In this document: positions 19,659 to 29,140 of the stretch, piece after piece
Numbering within the stretch: position 1 is the stretch's first letter
How the letters are laid out: each line of letters begins with the position of its first letter
Origin: Candidatus Calescibacterium sp.
GTDB lineage: Bacteria; Calescibacteriota; Calescibacteriia; Calescibacteriales; Calescibacteriaceae
Assembly: GCA_025060505.1 (NCBI GenBank)
Contig: JANXBU010000005.1
Location: 86,910 to 150,909, forward strand
Reading direction: 5' to 3'
Length of the DNA: 64,000 bases
Translations under genes and position numbers: made by a program
The notes under the pieces: model-generated
The model's input: the letters and a program-made list of their open reading frames with translations, nothing else
The model's database searches: none
What the model was told of the DNA's origin: nothing

Positions 19659-19978
19659 AATTATAGTTTCGCTACGCTGTCAAACACCCGATGAATTTTT
19701 TGTTATTTTTTGCTTGTTGTAATCCTTTGAGACTTTTTTGAGTAAATTTTTCGGCTGGATATTTTTCCTAAAGACTGACTCATACCTACATCAAATCTCT
19801 CGGAAAACTTATCAAAAAAATTCTCAGTGGTTGAAATTCCATTTTTCTGCTGTTGGATCATCCAAATATTCCGAAACTCAATAATATAAACCCAGATCTA
19901 TTTCTTTGTATTCTTGAAGATCTATGAAATACCGGAAAGAATCAAATATCAAGTACGCGCTATGATTCTACAAGATTA

Positions 19979-20767
19979 TCACCCTGTTGCAAAGTATCTT
20001 TTCATAAATATTTTTCCTAATTTTGCAATAAATCCTTTTGGCACAAGGCTTGCCAAAAATCCGTATATTTTGTTGTTGGTTCCGGGAATGTATGGAGATT
20101 TACCCTTGTTTATAGCTTTCCACATAAGATCCACAGCCGTATTTACATCCATATAATTTTGCATTGTGTATATGTTATCTGGAACACCTGCTCTTTTCTG
20201 GAACTCTGTTTTTATACCTCCTGGACATATTGTTATAACCTTTATTCCAAAATCCTCCACCTCTCTTCTTATCGCTTCTGAGAAGCTCAGAAGGAAGCTC
20301 TTTGTAGCAGCGTAAGTTGAAAAGTATGGTATAGGTAAAAATGCGGCCAAAGATGCTATGTTTATTATCGTGCCCTTGACTCCATTTTTTATCCAGTCTT
20401 TCAAAAAATATGATGTAAGCTCTACCGGAACTCTGACATTTAGCTCAACCATATTTACCTCACCCTTTGTGTCAAGTTTGTAAAACGGACCTATTGTTCC
20501 AAATCCAGCATTGTTCACAAGAATATCAATACTGTGCTCTGATGTTATATCGTGGTAAAGCTTTTGTAGATCCGCGGTTATCAGGTCAGCTCTGTACACA
20601 TACGATCTTGACTTTGTTGAGCTTTCTATCTCCTTTTTCACAAGCTCTAATTTTTCTCCGTTCCTAGCAACAAGAACAGTATCTATACCATTCTGAGCGA
20701 ATTTCTTCGCAAGAGCTTCTCCTATTCCAAAGCTTCCACCAGTTATCAGAGCCTTTTTTCCTATCAT
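19979..20767 (-). CDS. Short-chain dehydrogenase/reductase (SDR) family oxidoreductase
   Basis: 262 aa. KKALITGGSFGIGEAL (TGxxxGIG), NNAG, catalytic YAATK (YxxxK). Confidence 0.8.
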   Translation of the reverse strand: MIGKKALITGGSFGIGEALAKKFAQNGIDTVLVARNGEKLELVKKEIESSTKSRSYVYRADLITADLQKLYHDITSEHSIDILVNNAGFGTIGPFYKLDTKGEVNMVELNVRVPVELTSYFLKDWIKNGVKGTIINIASLAAFLPIPYFSTYAATKSFLLSFSEAIRREVEDFGIKVITICPGGIKTEFQKRAGVPDNIYTMQNYMDVNTAVDLMWKAINKGKSPYIPGTNNKIYGFLASLVPKGFIAKLGKIFMKRYFATG

Positions 20768-20818
20768 ACAATTCTGAAATTAATTTTACTTCCACAAATA
20801 AAAATAAATTGCAATAAA

Positions 20819-22123
20819 ATGGACTTTATACCGCATTCCGAAAGAGACATAAAGGAAATGCTCGATTTTATCGGTGTAAATTCCATTGAAGAGCTATTTT
20901 ATGATATTCCAGATGAATTCAAGATAAAAACTCTTGGTCTTGGCAAGGGTATGGACGAAATGGAGATTTTTCTGAAAGCCTACGAAATCTCAAAGAAAAA
21001 TAAATCTATACCATTATCTTTTGCCGGATGCGGAGTTTATTTTCACTATGTACCTGCTGTGTGCGACTTTGTATCGTCTCTACCCGGATTCTTCACTTCT
21101 TATACTCCATATCAGGCAGAAATGAGTCAGGGAGTTATGAAACTGATATACGACTTTCAAACAAGCATGACCGAACTGTTTGATATGGATGTATCAAACG
21201 CCGGAATGTATGGTGTAGCGTCCGCTCTGTCTGAAGCTTGTCTTATGGCATCAAGAATATCCAGAAAGAATAAAGTATATGTCTCCGCAGGGGTCAACCC
21301 GAACTGGCTTGAGGTGATAAGATCGTACCTGAATATTGCAGAAGTAGAACTAGAAATCATACCACTTGAAAATGGAAGAACCCAGATCAAAAACAGGTAT
21401 GAGATCCTTGTTGTTCAATACCCAAACTTCCTTGGAGTTATAGAAGATCTGGAAGAAGCTCGAAAAAATTCCGATTTTCTCATAGTAGCTGTTCCGGACC
21501 CAATTGCTCTAGCTCTACTTCCTCCACCGGGTCAATTTGGAGCAGACATAGCTGTTGGAGAAGGACAACCACTTGGAAACTACCCATACCTAGGTGGAGC
21601 AAAGTTAGGAATATTTCTTTCAAAGAAAGATCTCATAAGAAGTATGCCCGGAAGAATAATAGGAAAAACACTTGACACAGAAGGAAAAACTTGCTATGCT
21701 ATGATACTTCAAACAAGAGAACAACATATAAGAAGAGAAAAAGCAACATCAAACATATGCACATCCACATCACTTCTTGCAATTAGAGCCTCCGTGTTTC
21801 TCAAATATTACGGAGCAGATGGACTAAAAAACATAGCAACAAAATCTATACAGAACTCACAGATGCTCAGAGAAAAAATAAAGCCTGTATTCAGCGCTGA
21901 ATATTTCAACGAGTTTCCATCTTACATTGAAGTCGACGAAAATAAATTTATATCAGAAGGATACCTACCACCAATCAAAGTAGAAAAGATAATACCAAAA
22001 TTCTTGGACCCAGTTGAGTTTGAAAAACTTACAGGAATAAAAAGAAATGCGTTTCTGTTCTGCACAACTGAGATGCTCTCAACACAAGATATCAAGAATG
22101 CTCTGTATTTACTGAACTTGTGA
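20819..22123 (+). CDS. gcvPA: Glycine dehydrogenase (decarboxylating) subunit 1 (P-protein alpha subunit)
   Basis: 434 aa. MDFIPHSERDIKEMLDFIGVNSIEELFYDIPDEF and ...YTPYQAEMSQG... are typical of the N-terminal half of split P-protein. No gcvPB follows. Confidence 0.75.
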   Translation: MDFIPHSERDIKEMLDFIGVNSIEELFYDIPDEFKIKTLGLGKGMDEMEIFLKAYEISKKNKSIPLSFAGCGVYFHYVPAVCDFVSSLPGFFTSYTPYQAEMSQGVMKLIYDFQTSMTELFDMDVSNAGMYGVASALSEACLMASRISRKNKVYVSAGVNPNWLEVIRSYLNIAEVELEIIPLENGRTQIKNRYEILVVQYPNFLGVIEDLEEARKNSDFLIVAVPDPIALALLPPPGQFGADIAVGEGQPLGNYPYLGGAKLGIFLSKKDLIRSMPGRIIGKTLDTEGKTCYAMILQTREQHIRREKATSNICTSTSLLAIRASVFLKYYGADGLKNIATKSIQNSQMLREKIKPVFSAEYFNEFPSYIEVDENKFISEGYLPPIKVEKIIPKFLDPVEFEKLTGIKRNAFLFCTTEMLSTQDIKNALYLLNL

Positions 22124-22225
22124 AGTCGCATACAAAAACTAAAACAAAAAGAAACTGAATAAAAAGATGAGAACTTTACTTCTGAGCATAACAAAATAGA
22201 AAGAAAAAGATACAAAAATTAAACT

Positions 22226-22849
22226 ATGACAAAAATAAAGATATGTGGAATTACAAGAACAGAAGATGCCCTTTTTTGCGATTCACTTGGTATTGATTTT
22301 TTAGGTTTCATTTTTGTTGAAAAAAGTCCGAGATTTGTTGGAAATCCAGATAAGTTCAGAGATATTAAAACGAAAGCGAAAAAAGTAGCAGTTTTTATGA
22401 ACCAAAAAATAGAGTTCCAGAAACTAACTAATTTTGAGTTTATTCAACTTCACGGATTTGAAGGAGAAGAAATCATCACAGAAGCAAAATCAAAAGGATT
22501 TGGAATAATCAAGACAATATTTCCAGAACTAAAAGAATCTGTAAAATTATGCGAAAGAATTGCAGAGTTAGTTGATTATTTTCTCGTCGACTCATCATCT
22601 AAGCTCGCAAGCAAATCTGGGAAATTCGATGAAAAGAGTTTGAATGGAATCCTGAACGACGGAAAGATATTCAATAAAGCTTTCTTTCTGTCCGGTGGAA
22701 TTAACACAGAAAATGTTTCATTCTACATAGAGAAAATAAGACCCTTTGGAGTAGATGTGTCATCTGGAGTCGAAGAAATTCCGGGGATAAAGTCACATAA
22801 AGAAGTTGAGAAATTTGTAAAAACAGTTAGATCTAAAACAATTGAATAA
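22226..22849 (+). CDS. trpF: N-(5'-phosphoribosyl)anthranilate isomerase
   Basis: 207 aa. MTKIKICGITRTEDALFCDSLGIDFLGFIFVEKSPRFV (PRAI TIM-barrel N-terminus), ...QLHG..., ...LSGGIN... Confidence 0.8.
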   Translation: MTKIKICGITRTEDALFCDSLGIDFLGFIFVEKSPRFVGNPDKFRDIKTKAKKVAVFMNQKIEFQKLTNFEFIQLHGFEGEEIITEAKSKGFGIIKTIFPELKESVKLCERIAELVDYFLVDSSSKLASKSGKFDEKSLNGILNDGKIFNKAFFLSGGINTENVSFYIEKIRPFGVDVSSGVEEIPGIKSHKEVEKFVKTVRSKTIE

Positions 22850-23057
22850 AGATAACAAAATAATAATTCAAAACGAATAAAGATACAACAATCTTGAGAT
22901 AAAAAATATGAAAATTAATATAAGACAAAATCATATCATTCTACAAGCCAATACGAAACTACCAAATCTTTTGCAAGCATATCTTGAATTTCAAATTTCA
23001 AAAATGATGCAAAACTTCATATTGCAACAGGATAATTCAAAACAATCAGATTTTCAA

Positions 23058-26000
23058 TCAATGTTTATGTCCTTCGAACAAGACTTTCATTGCATCTTCA
23101 AGTGAATAACTTTTATCTTTCTGTTTAGATAAAGTTGGAGCAGTTCTTTGAACCTCTGCATAAGTTGGTGGAGGAGGAGCAAACTTACCATCTCCATCAA
23201 AGTCAACGTATATAGCATTTGTAATCATTATTGGTCTTATATTTTTGTTTGGAATCACGGGAAACATAGTGTTTTTATCTCTGTTGCACTTTTTGTTGGA
23301 ACATTCAACAACAACAGCGACCCAAAAATCTTGTGATTGGAAGTTTATTGGGAGCTCTAAATCTAAGTATTTCTGGCGGAATGAAAAACCAGCAACTTTT
23401 ACCTCTTTGACAAAGGACTCAACATAGATCTCAGAAATCTCAGACGGATAACCGATAACCTTATATCCGCTTCTTGCCGCAGTTCCAGAGGCATTAGAGA
23501 AGACTCTTACAGTGTCAAAATCAATCCAATCAGGCGATTTAACTTTAAGTTTTAGTTTGAATGGAGGACTTATCCTTTTCTGCTCCGAAAAACCCATGCC
23601 CAAACAGGTTTCAGATGATCCAATAAATCCACATATCTCAAATTTTTCAAGAATAATTCCGTTTGATACAAAAACTTTACCATCAGCCAGATTCTGTATG
23701 AATAAGTTGCGCAACTCCTCATCCTCTCTGAACTCGCTCGGTAAATCTTTGTCTTTTCCAACGAAAACAAAAGTTCTACCTATGCCAGATATATCTGATA
23801 TTTTCTTATGTGTATCAGAACAACCCACCGCAGTTATATGTATGCCGTGATTCAGAAACGTAAACCAATCATTTATCACCGCGGTTATTTCACTATAAGA
23901 GTTGTACAGCTCTACCGCATCAAACCTTTCGAGATTGTTCAATTCTCTCATGATTTCATAAGGAACGAAAAGCTGTGTATCATCTACTCCGAGCTCAGAT
24001 GCGCTACCACATTTGCCAAGAGGTGGAAAAATTCTGTGAACACAAGGATCAGCAGCCGTTCTGAAATTTTTCGTGTCTAACTTCACATAATCAAAATATC
24101 CCATTCCACCTGATCTCGGATGATTAACCTGCACAACATTTCTCTTGAAAGAATCCGGTTTCATTGTATGAGCTTTTTTGAATATTTCTCTTGGATGCAG
24201 AGATCTAAGAAATCTGTAATCTTCCTTATTATGCTCTATACCATACTTTTCTGGCCTATCGTATTTTTCCGACCAATCAAGAGCACCAGCGCTTGGAGCT
24301 CGATTATCTTGCTTCACAGGATATGAGTTGAAATGACCGTAAGAAAAAGTAGTTATCTCCTGACCAACCAGAGAAGATATGAAATCCTGTGCGTCAAGTA
24401 TCCTTATAGCAGGTTCATAATCTGTAAGCCAATCGTGATCCGTCGAAATTATTATGTCCACACCCTCTGCTGCAAAAGTAATAACTCTATCTATAAGAGC
24501 AACTGGGCTATCCGGAGAATTTACAGAGTGAACATGTGTATCTGTCGAAAGCCAACCATCAGAATCTGCAATACGATACAAAAATGCTTTGATACTCTTT
24601 CTTTCTCCAGATTTAACCTCAAATTCTGTTTCATATCTTGAATATTCCATACCGCGTGAAACAACTAACTTATACCTACCTGAAGGAATATAGACATCAA
24701 AAGGTTTTCCGTTAGCGGAGAACACAACTTCCTGTACATCTTCCGGAAGCGGATCAAATGTAACATCCCTGAAAGATGATGAAAGGAATTCACATTTACC
24801 AGAATCAACACAATAATTTTTCTTGCAACCATCAATACAAATAAAGGAAATCTTTCCTGGAATGTTTCGTTGAGAATCTTGCACAATTTCAACAATCTCA
24901 ACAGAGATTTTTGCAGGTTCATCCAAAACTATCTCAATATCAGATCTATCCGAAGAAATCTCAAAGATTTTCGGTTCCGATATTTGCGAATATTTAGCTT
25001 CCGCTGCAAAAATATACTTGCCCTCCGGAAGCAGAAGGCTGAATTCTCCATATATACCGGATATCAAAGATGTAACAAAATTCTTGTTTTCATCAAAAAC
25101 AGCTATTCTTACTCTTCCGGGGACTTCACCCGAACTGTTTTCAACCTTTCCAGAAACCGAAAATAACTTGATTCCTTCCTTTTTACTTATGATTTTCAAG
25201 AACTCATCTGCAAGAGAAGAAGGAGAAGCACTCCCAACAACAAAGTATTTTTCTCCAGACACACACTCGTTTGGCTGAATTTTTATAAGCTTTTCAGAAT
25301 TTCCGCGCACCACTCCAATAAGTGTTGAAATAGGATCGTTCTTCTCAAGAATTCCATAAGAAAGCACAGCGACACCTGAAACTATAAAAGCTAAGTTATC
25401 ATCTGAAAGTGGAAAAATTCCATATGAAGAATCAAGTTTCTCGGAAACAAAAGCAAGATGTTTTGCAGAAAAAATTCCAAGACCAAAGGGAAGTCCGGGT
25501 GCATTGTACCCATATCCTTTGAGAACAGATGAAGGAATATAAAACTCCCCATCACCTCCCGAATCAATCATATCTGCAAAAAAGAAATAGGGAACTTCCT
25601 GATCTGATGTGTTGCAAACAACATCTATTATCTTTATCCATCTTTGATCTGAGAAAACAAAATATCTTTCAACTTTCAATGGTTTTACCTCATCTACTTT
25701 GAACGGAAGAGAAAAATTAGGTATGAATCTACCGATTATATCAAATAGTCCGGTTGCATTTATAAAATCTAGCAAATCTAGTTCGCCATAAGCAACAATA
25801 ACATTATCTCTGAAAATTCCGACCTTTTGCGGTTTCAAAGTCTGTCCCAAAAATACAAAAAGACTCTGCTCCCCAAGTATATCATGGAATCTTCCGTCTT
25901 CTCTTTTTATATCTACGTCTATCAGATTACCTCCATAAGTAAAAGGACCTATCTCCCTTGATGGTGATTGAATTACAGCTCTTATCTTTTCTGTCTCTAC

Positions 26001-26291
26001 ATATATATCACCTTCTCTGGCCTTGAAAGCACCTCCTTCTTCAGCCGGAACTGGGTTAAGCTTTTCTATATCATCCCAAGTAAGTTTTTTTATACTAATC
26101 TTGTTTGGCCTTTGAACTTCATCTATAATTTTGATAATATCTTCCGGAATCAAAAGCTCCTCGGGTGATATAGATAATTCAGAGCTCTGACTTTTCCTTT
26201 TACTACACGAAAGTACTACGACTGATAGAAGAAAAATTAATACCCAAAATATAAAAGATTTTCTGAAATCCATAATAATCAATTTTAACAA
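23058..26291 (-). CDS. Large lipoprotein with internal PHP-type (CehA/McbA-like) metal-dependent phosphoesterase domain
   Basis: 1077 aa. Signal peptide with lipobox-like VVLSCSK. Central PHP motifs: WLSTDTHVHS, VDIIISTDHDW, ...HPRSGG..., ...AVGCSDTHKK. Confidence 0.6.
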   Translation of the reverse strand: MLKLIIMDFRKSFIFWVLIFLLSVVVLSCSKRKSQSSELSISPEELLIPEDIIKIIDEVQRPNKISIKKLTWDDIEKLNPVPAEEGGAFKAREGDIYVETEKIRAVIQSPSREIGPFTYGGNLIDVDIKREDGRFHDILGEQSLFVFLGQTLKPQKVGIFRDNVIVAYGELDLLDFINATGLFDIIGRFIPNFSLPFKVDEVKPLKVERYFVFSDQRWIKIIDVVCNTSDQEVPYFFFADMIDSGGDGEFYIPSSVLKGYGYNAPGLPFGLGIFSAKHLAFVSEKLDSSYGIFPLSDDNLAFIVSGVAVLSYGILEKNDPISTLIGVVRGNSEKLIKIQPNECVSGEKYFVVGSASPSSLADEFLKIISKKEGIKLFSVSGKVENSSGEVPGRVRIAVFDENKNFVTSLISGIYGEFSLLLPEGKYIFAAEAKYSQISEPKIFEISSDRSDIEIVLDEPAKISVEIVEIVQDSQRNIPGKISFICIDGCKKNYCVDSGKCEFLSSSFRDVTFDPLPEDVQEVVFSANGKPFDVYIPSGRYKLVVSRGMEYSRYETEFEVKSGERKSIKAFLYRIADSDGWLSTDTHVHSVNSPDSPVALIDRVITFAAEGVDIIISTDHDWLTDYEPAIRILDAQDFISSLVGQEITTFSYGHFNSYPVKQDNRAPSAGALDWSEKYDRPEKYGIEHNKEDYRFLRSLHPREIFKKAHTMKPDSFKRNVVQVNHPRSGGMGYFDYVKLDTKNFRTAADPCVHRIFPPLGKCGSASELGVDDTQLFVPYEIMRELNNLERFDAVELYNSYSEITAVINDWFTFLNHGIHITAVGCSDTHKKISDISGIGRTFVFVGKDKDLPSEFREDEELRNLFIQNLADGKVFVSNGIILEKFEICGFIGSSETCLGMGFSEQKRISPPFKLKLKVKSPDWIDFDTVRVFSNASGTAARSGYKVIGYPSEISEIYVESFVKEVKVAGFSFRQKYLDLELPINFQSQDFWVAVVVECSNKKCNRDKNTMFPVIPNKNIRPIMITNAIYVDFDGDGKFAPPPPTYAEVQRTAPTLSKQKDKSYSLEDAMKVLFEGHKH

Positions 26292-26429
26292 CAGTTGAAA
26301 TGTTTTTGGTCAGTTTGTCGAAGGCTAAATTCTTCCTAATAGACCAAAGAATTATAAAGTGTTCAAGTTTTATCTGGTCGTTCAGTAGGAAGAAATTTTT
26401 CTGCAAACAAACAACAGAAATTTTTGCAA

Positions 26430-27569
26430 CTAAACAATAAGTTTCTTCAAAACCTCGTCTCGCATCTCCTCTTCTTCTTTTATAAGTTTAGTTATCAGAA
26501 CCGATTTGACATCTCCGGATTTTCCCGGTATTCCCTTGAACTTTGGGACATCTTGAATAAAAACTATTGCACAATCTTCGTCTGGAGAAGTATTTAATCT
26601 CAAAGTATCCCCTGGTTTCAGTTGCAGAAGTTCTCTTATTGTTATTTTCGCTTTCCCTATTTCGACTCTGATTGAAGCTGGACATTCCTTTATTCTGGTT
26701 ATCATCCTATCTATCCAGTTTTTATCTACTTCAAGTGTTGTTGGCTGATATGCAGACTGTATCTGAGATTTTATCGGTTCAAGTATAGCGTAAGGTATTG
26801 CCATATACATTTTACCGGAGATCATACCCATATCTATTGTATAACGGGTCGAAACAACTAAATCAGACTCTGGAACAATTGAAACAAACTGTGGATGACT
26901 TTCTATTCTAACTATCTCCGGGTGAAGCCTTATGACAGGCTCCCATGCTTCTTGATATGGTTTAAGCATGGTATTTATAACTCGGCGAATCAATCTCTGC
27001 TCTATTCTTGTAAATTCTCTACCTTCGGCTTTCTTTGGTTTTCCCACTCCGCCAAGAAGTATATCAACCATTACTATGGCAACGGTCGCATCGAATGCCC
27101 AGACACAAAATCCTCTCAAAGGCCTCATAGATATAACGGTAAACACAGCAGGCAATGGAACACTATCCATAAAATCCCTGAACTCAATAACAGATGTATC
27201 TGTCATTGAAACATCAATAAGACGTTGTAGAGCAACAGAAAGTATAGAACGAGAATCTGTTGCGAATCTCCTGTGAATAACTTCAAGAGAAGGAAGACGC
27301 ATTTTAGATATAAAGCGTCCAACCTTCCTGAAATCGTATCTCGGATATTTTTCTCTGGCTTTTTCTTCCTCCCTTGGTTCTATCTTTATCTCTCCACCCC
27401 TCAAACTTCTTAAAAGGGAGTCTACCTCCTCCTGCGAAAGCAAAGGTCCCTGATCTTCTACCTTCTTTTTCTCCTTCCCCTCCTCTTTTTTTTCCTCTTC
27501 TTCCTCTTCACTCTTTCTCTCCTCCTCTCTCTTTATCTTCTTAGGTTCAGTTTTCGGTTTTCCTATCAT
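26430..27569 (-). CDS. fliM: Flagellar motor switch protein FliM (with ~40-aa KE-rich N-terminal extension)
   Basis: 379 aa. CheY-P-binding peptide LSQEEVDSLL. CheC-like middle domain (LEVIHRRFA...MVDILLGGVGKP). C-terminal FliN/SpoA-like (IRVEIGKAKITIRELLQLKPGDTLRLN). Confidence 0.8.
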   Translation of the reverse strand: MIGKPKTEPKKIKREEERKSEEEEEEKKEEGKEKKKVEDQGPLLSQEEVDSLLRSLRGGEIKIEPREEEKAREKYPRYDFRKVGRFISKMRLPSLEVIHRRFATDSRSILSVALQRLIDVSMTDTSVIEFRDFMDSVPLPAVFTVISMRPLRGFCVWAFDATVAIVMVDILLGGVGKPKKAEGREFTRIEQRLIRRVINTMLKPYQEAWEPVIRLHPEIVRIESHPQFVSIVPESDLVVSTRYTIDMGMISGKMYMAIPYAILEPIKSQIQSAYQPTTLEVDKNWIDRMITRIKECPASIRVEIGKAKITIRELLQLKPGDTLRLNTSPDEDCAIVFIQDVPKFKGIPGKSGDVKSVLITKLIKEEEEMRDEVLKKLIV

Positions 27570-27647
27570 AACTTATTTAATTTTAAACATTTTACCTAAA
27601 TAGATTAAGATTTCGATTCAAAGAATGAAAAGAATCTTTTCCAAAGA

Positions 27648-28523
27648 TCAATCTTGAACCAAAAGCATAGTTGGGTCAATAGGTCTTCCTCTGAACGAAA
27701 TTTCAAAATGCAGGTGCTTTCCTGTTGCTCTTCCCGTCGAACCAACCAATCCTATAATTTCTCCTTTCTTAACATAATCTCCTTTTGAGACAAAAACTTT
27801 TCTCAGATGAGCATAGGTAGTATATATACCGTTTATATGCCTGATTCTTACATAAAGTCCATTCAGGTGATTTGCTGCAACCTCTACCACCTTACCGCTT
27901 GCGGAAGATAAAACAGGAGTTCCCTCCGGAGCAGAAATATCAATACCACTGTGAAACTGATACTCTCCATCAACTGGGTTGACCCTATATCCAAAACCAC
28001 TTGTTATTCTACCCTTTACCGGCCAGAGTGTTGGTAGATGTTCAAACGATTCCTTCTCTTTCTGAAGTTCATCATAAATCATTTTCAGACTTTCCGATAC
28101 TATACTTATATTTTGCAGTATGTAATCACCCTCAAAGTCAGCACTGATGATCTCTGGATAAACCTGATCTCCTCCAAAAACGAGTGAAACAAGAGCTTCA
28201 TTCATATCTTTTAGTTTTTTTATCTCCTTTTTGAGTTCGGAAACCTTTCTGGCAAGACCATCTGGACTGCTTTCATAAAATGTGCTATATACAGCGTCAA
28301 AACTACTGTTGTTAATTCTTAGCTTCAACCAGTCAAAAACGAAAATGAAGATCACAAAAATCAAAGGAAAAAAAAACAAATATTTCTTCTTATAAGATAG
28401 ATCTATTTCATATTCATATCTATCTGTTTCTATTTTTATCTTGAGAATATTCTTCTTATAAGAAGTTTTCTTCCTTGATTTTTCCTCCTTTATCTTTTCA
28501 TCTATTTCTCCTTCAAAAAGCAT
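27648..28523 (-). CDS. M23 family metallopeptidase (membrane-anchored)
   Basis: 291 aa. N-terminal KE-rich segment plus TM helix, coiled-coil, then the M23 catalytic core HSGIDISAPEGTPV ... GxxGxxxGxHLHFEI. Confidence 0.8.
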   Translation of the reverse strand: MLFEGEIDEKIKEEKSRKKTSYKKNILKIKIETDRYEYEIDLSYKKKYLFFFPLIFVIFIFVFDWLKLRINNSSFDAVYSTFYESSPDGLARKVSELKKEIKKLKDMNEALVSLVFGGDQVYPEIISADFEGDYILQNISIVSESLKMIYDELQKEKESFEHLPTLWPVKGRITSGFGYRVNPVDGEYQFHSGIDISAPEGTPVLSSASGKVVEVAANHLNGLYVRIRHINGIYTTYAHLRKVFVSKGDYVKKGEIIGLVGSTGRATGKHLHFEISFRGRPIDPTMLLVQD

Positions 28524-28622
28524 TACGATAACAATTTAATAATCTTCTGATATTTTTTGTGTTGTTTTTTCTAAATTTTTATGTAAAATTCAATACTGAA
28601 ATCCAATAAAACTTTAAAAAAT

Positions 28623-29039
28623 ATGAAATTCGCCTACATAAGACTGATGATAAAAGCTTCTTTGTTCTGGCTAATCTTTGGGAGCACAACAGGTATCATA
28701 CTTTTTCTCCAAAGAAAGTATATTAATGTGCCTTTGTATATCTTACCATCTCACTCACATATTATTCTTGTTGGATTTCTCATACAGTTTATATTTGGAG
28801 TTGCTTTCTGGATGTTTCCTCGTATGCCGGGTGGTGTTTTTACTTCTCCCTCAAAAGGTTGGTTGATCTTCGCCTTAATAAATCTCGGGACCTTGACCAG
28901 AGGTATTTTTGAACCCATTTTTCAAAAAAGCGAGATAGTCTTCTGGTTTGCTTTTTTGGGCGGAATTATGCAGTTTTTTTCAATATTTATCGGAGCACTT
29001 GAAATATCAAAAAGAGTAAGAAATCCTTCATATTCGTAA
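28623..29039 (+). CDS. Hypothetical integral membrane protein (4 TM)
   Basis: 138 aa, four hydrophobic segments, no motif recognised. Confidence 0.4.
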   Translation: MKFAYIRLMIKASLFWLIFGSTTGIILFLQRKYINVPLYILPSHSHIILVGFLIQFIFGVAFWMFPRMPGGVFTSPSKGWLIFALINLGTLTRGIFEPIFQKSEIVFWFAFLGGIMQFFSIFIGALEISKRVRNPSYS

Positions 29040-29140
29040 AAAGCAATACACAAACAAGAATTATAAACAAACAAAATCATAGACGAAATCAGAAAAGCAA
29101 ACTGAAATTAAAAAACACATCTTTTATATTTTTATCAATT

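Noticed and set aside
22908-23105. 65-aa ORF in the trpF to PHP-lipoprotein convergent spacer
   Set aside because: No start context or motif. Overlaps the lipoprotein 3' end. Probably a chance ORF in a 208-bp AT-rich terminator region.
23148-25278. Series of 60-112-aa plus-strand ORFs inside the 1077-aa PHP-lipoprotein gene. Comparable stacks lie inside the LVIVD gene (44641-47525), ileS (52232-54616) and the GT gene (9410-12119)
   Set aside because: Antisense ORFs in AT-rich coding DNA. Each lies wholly within a long conserved ORF on the other strand.
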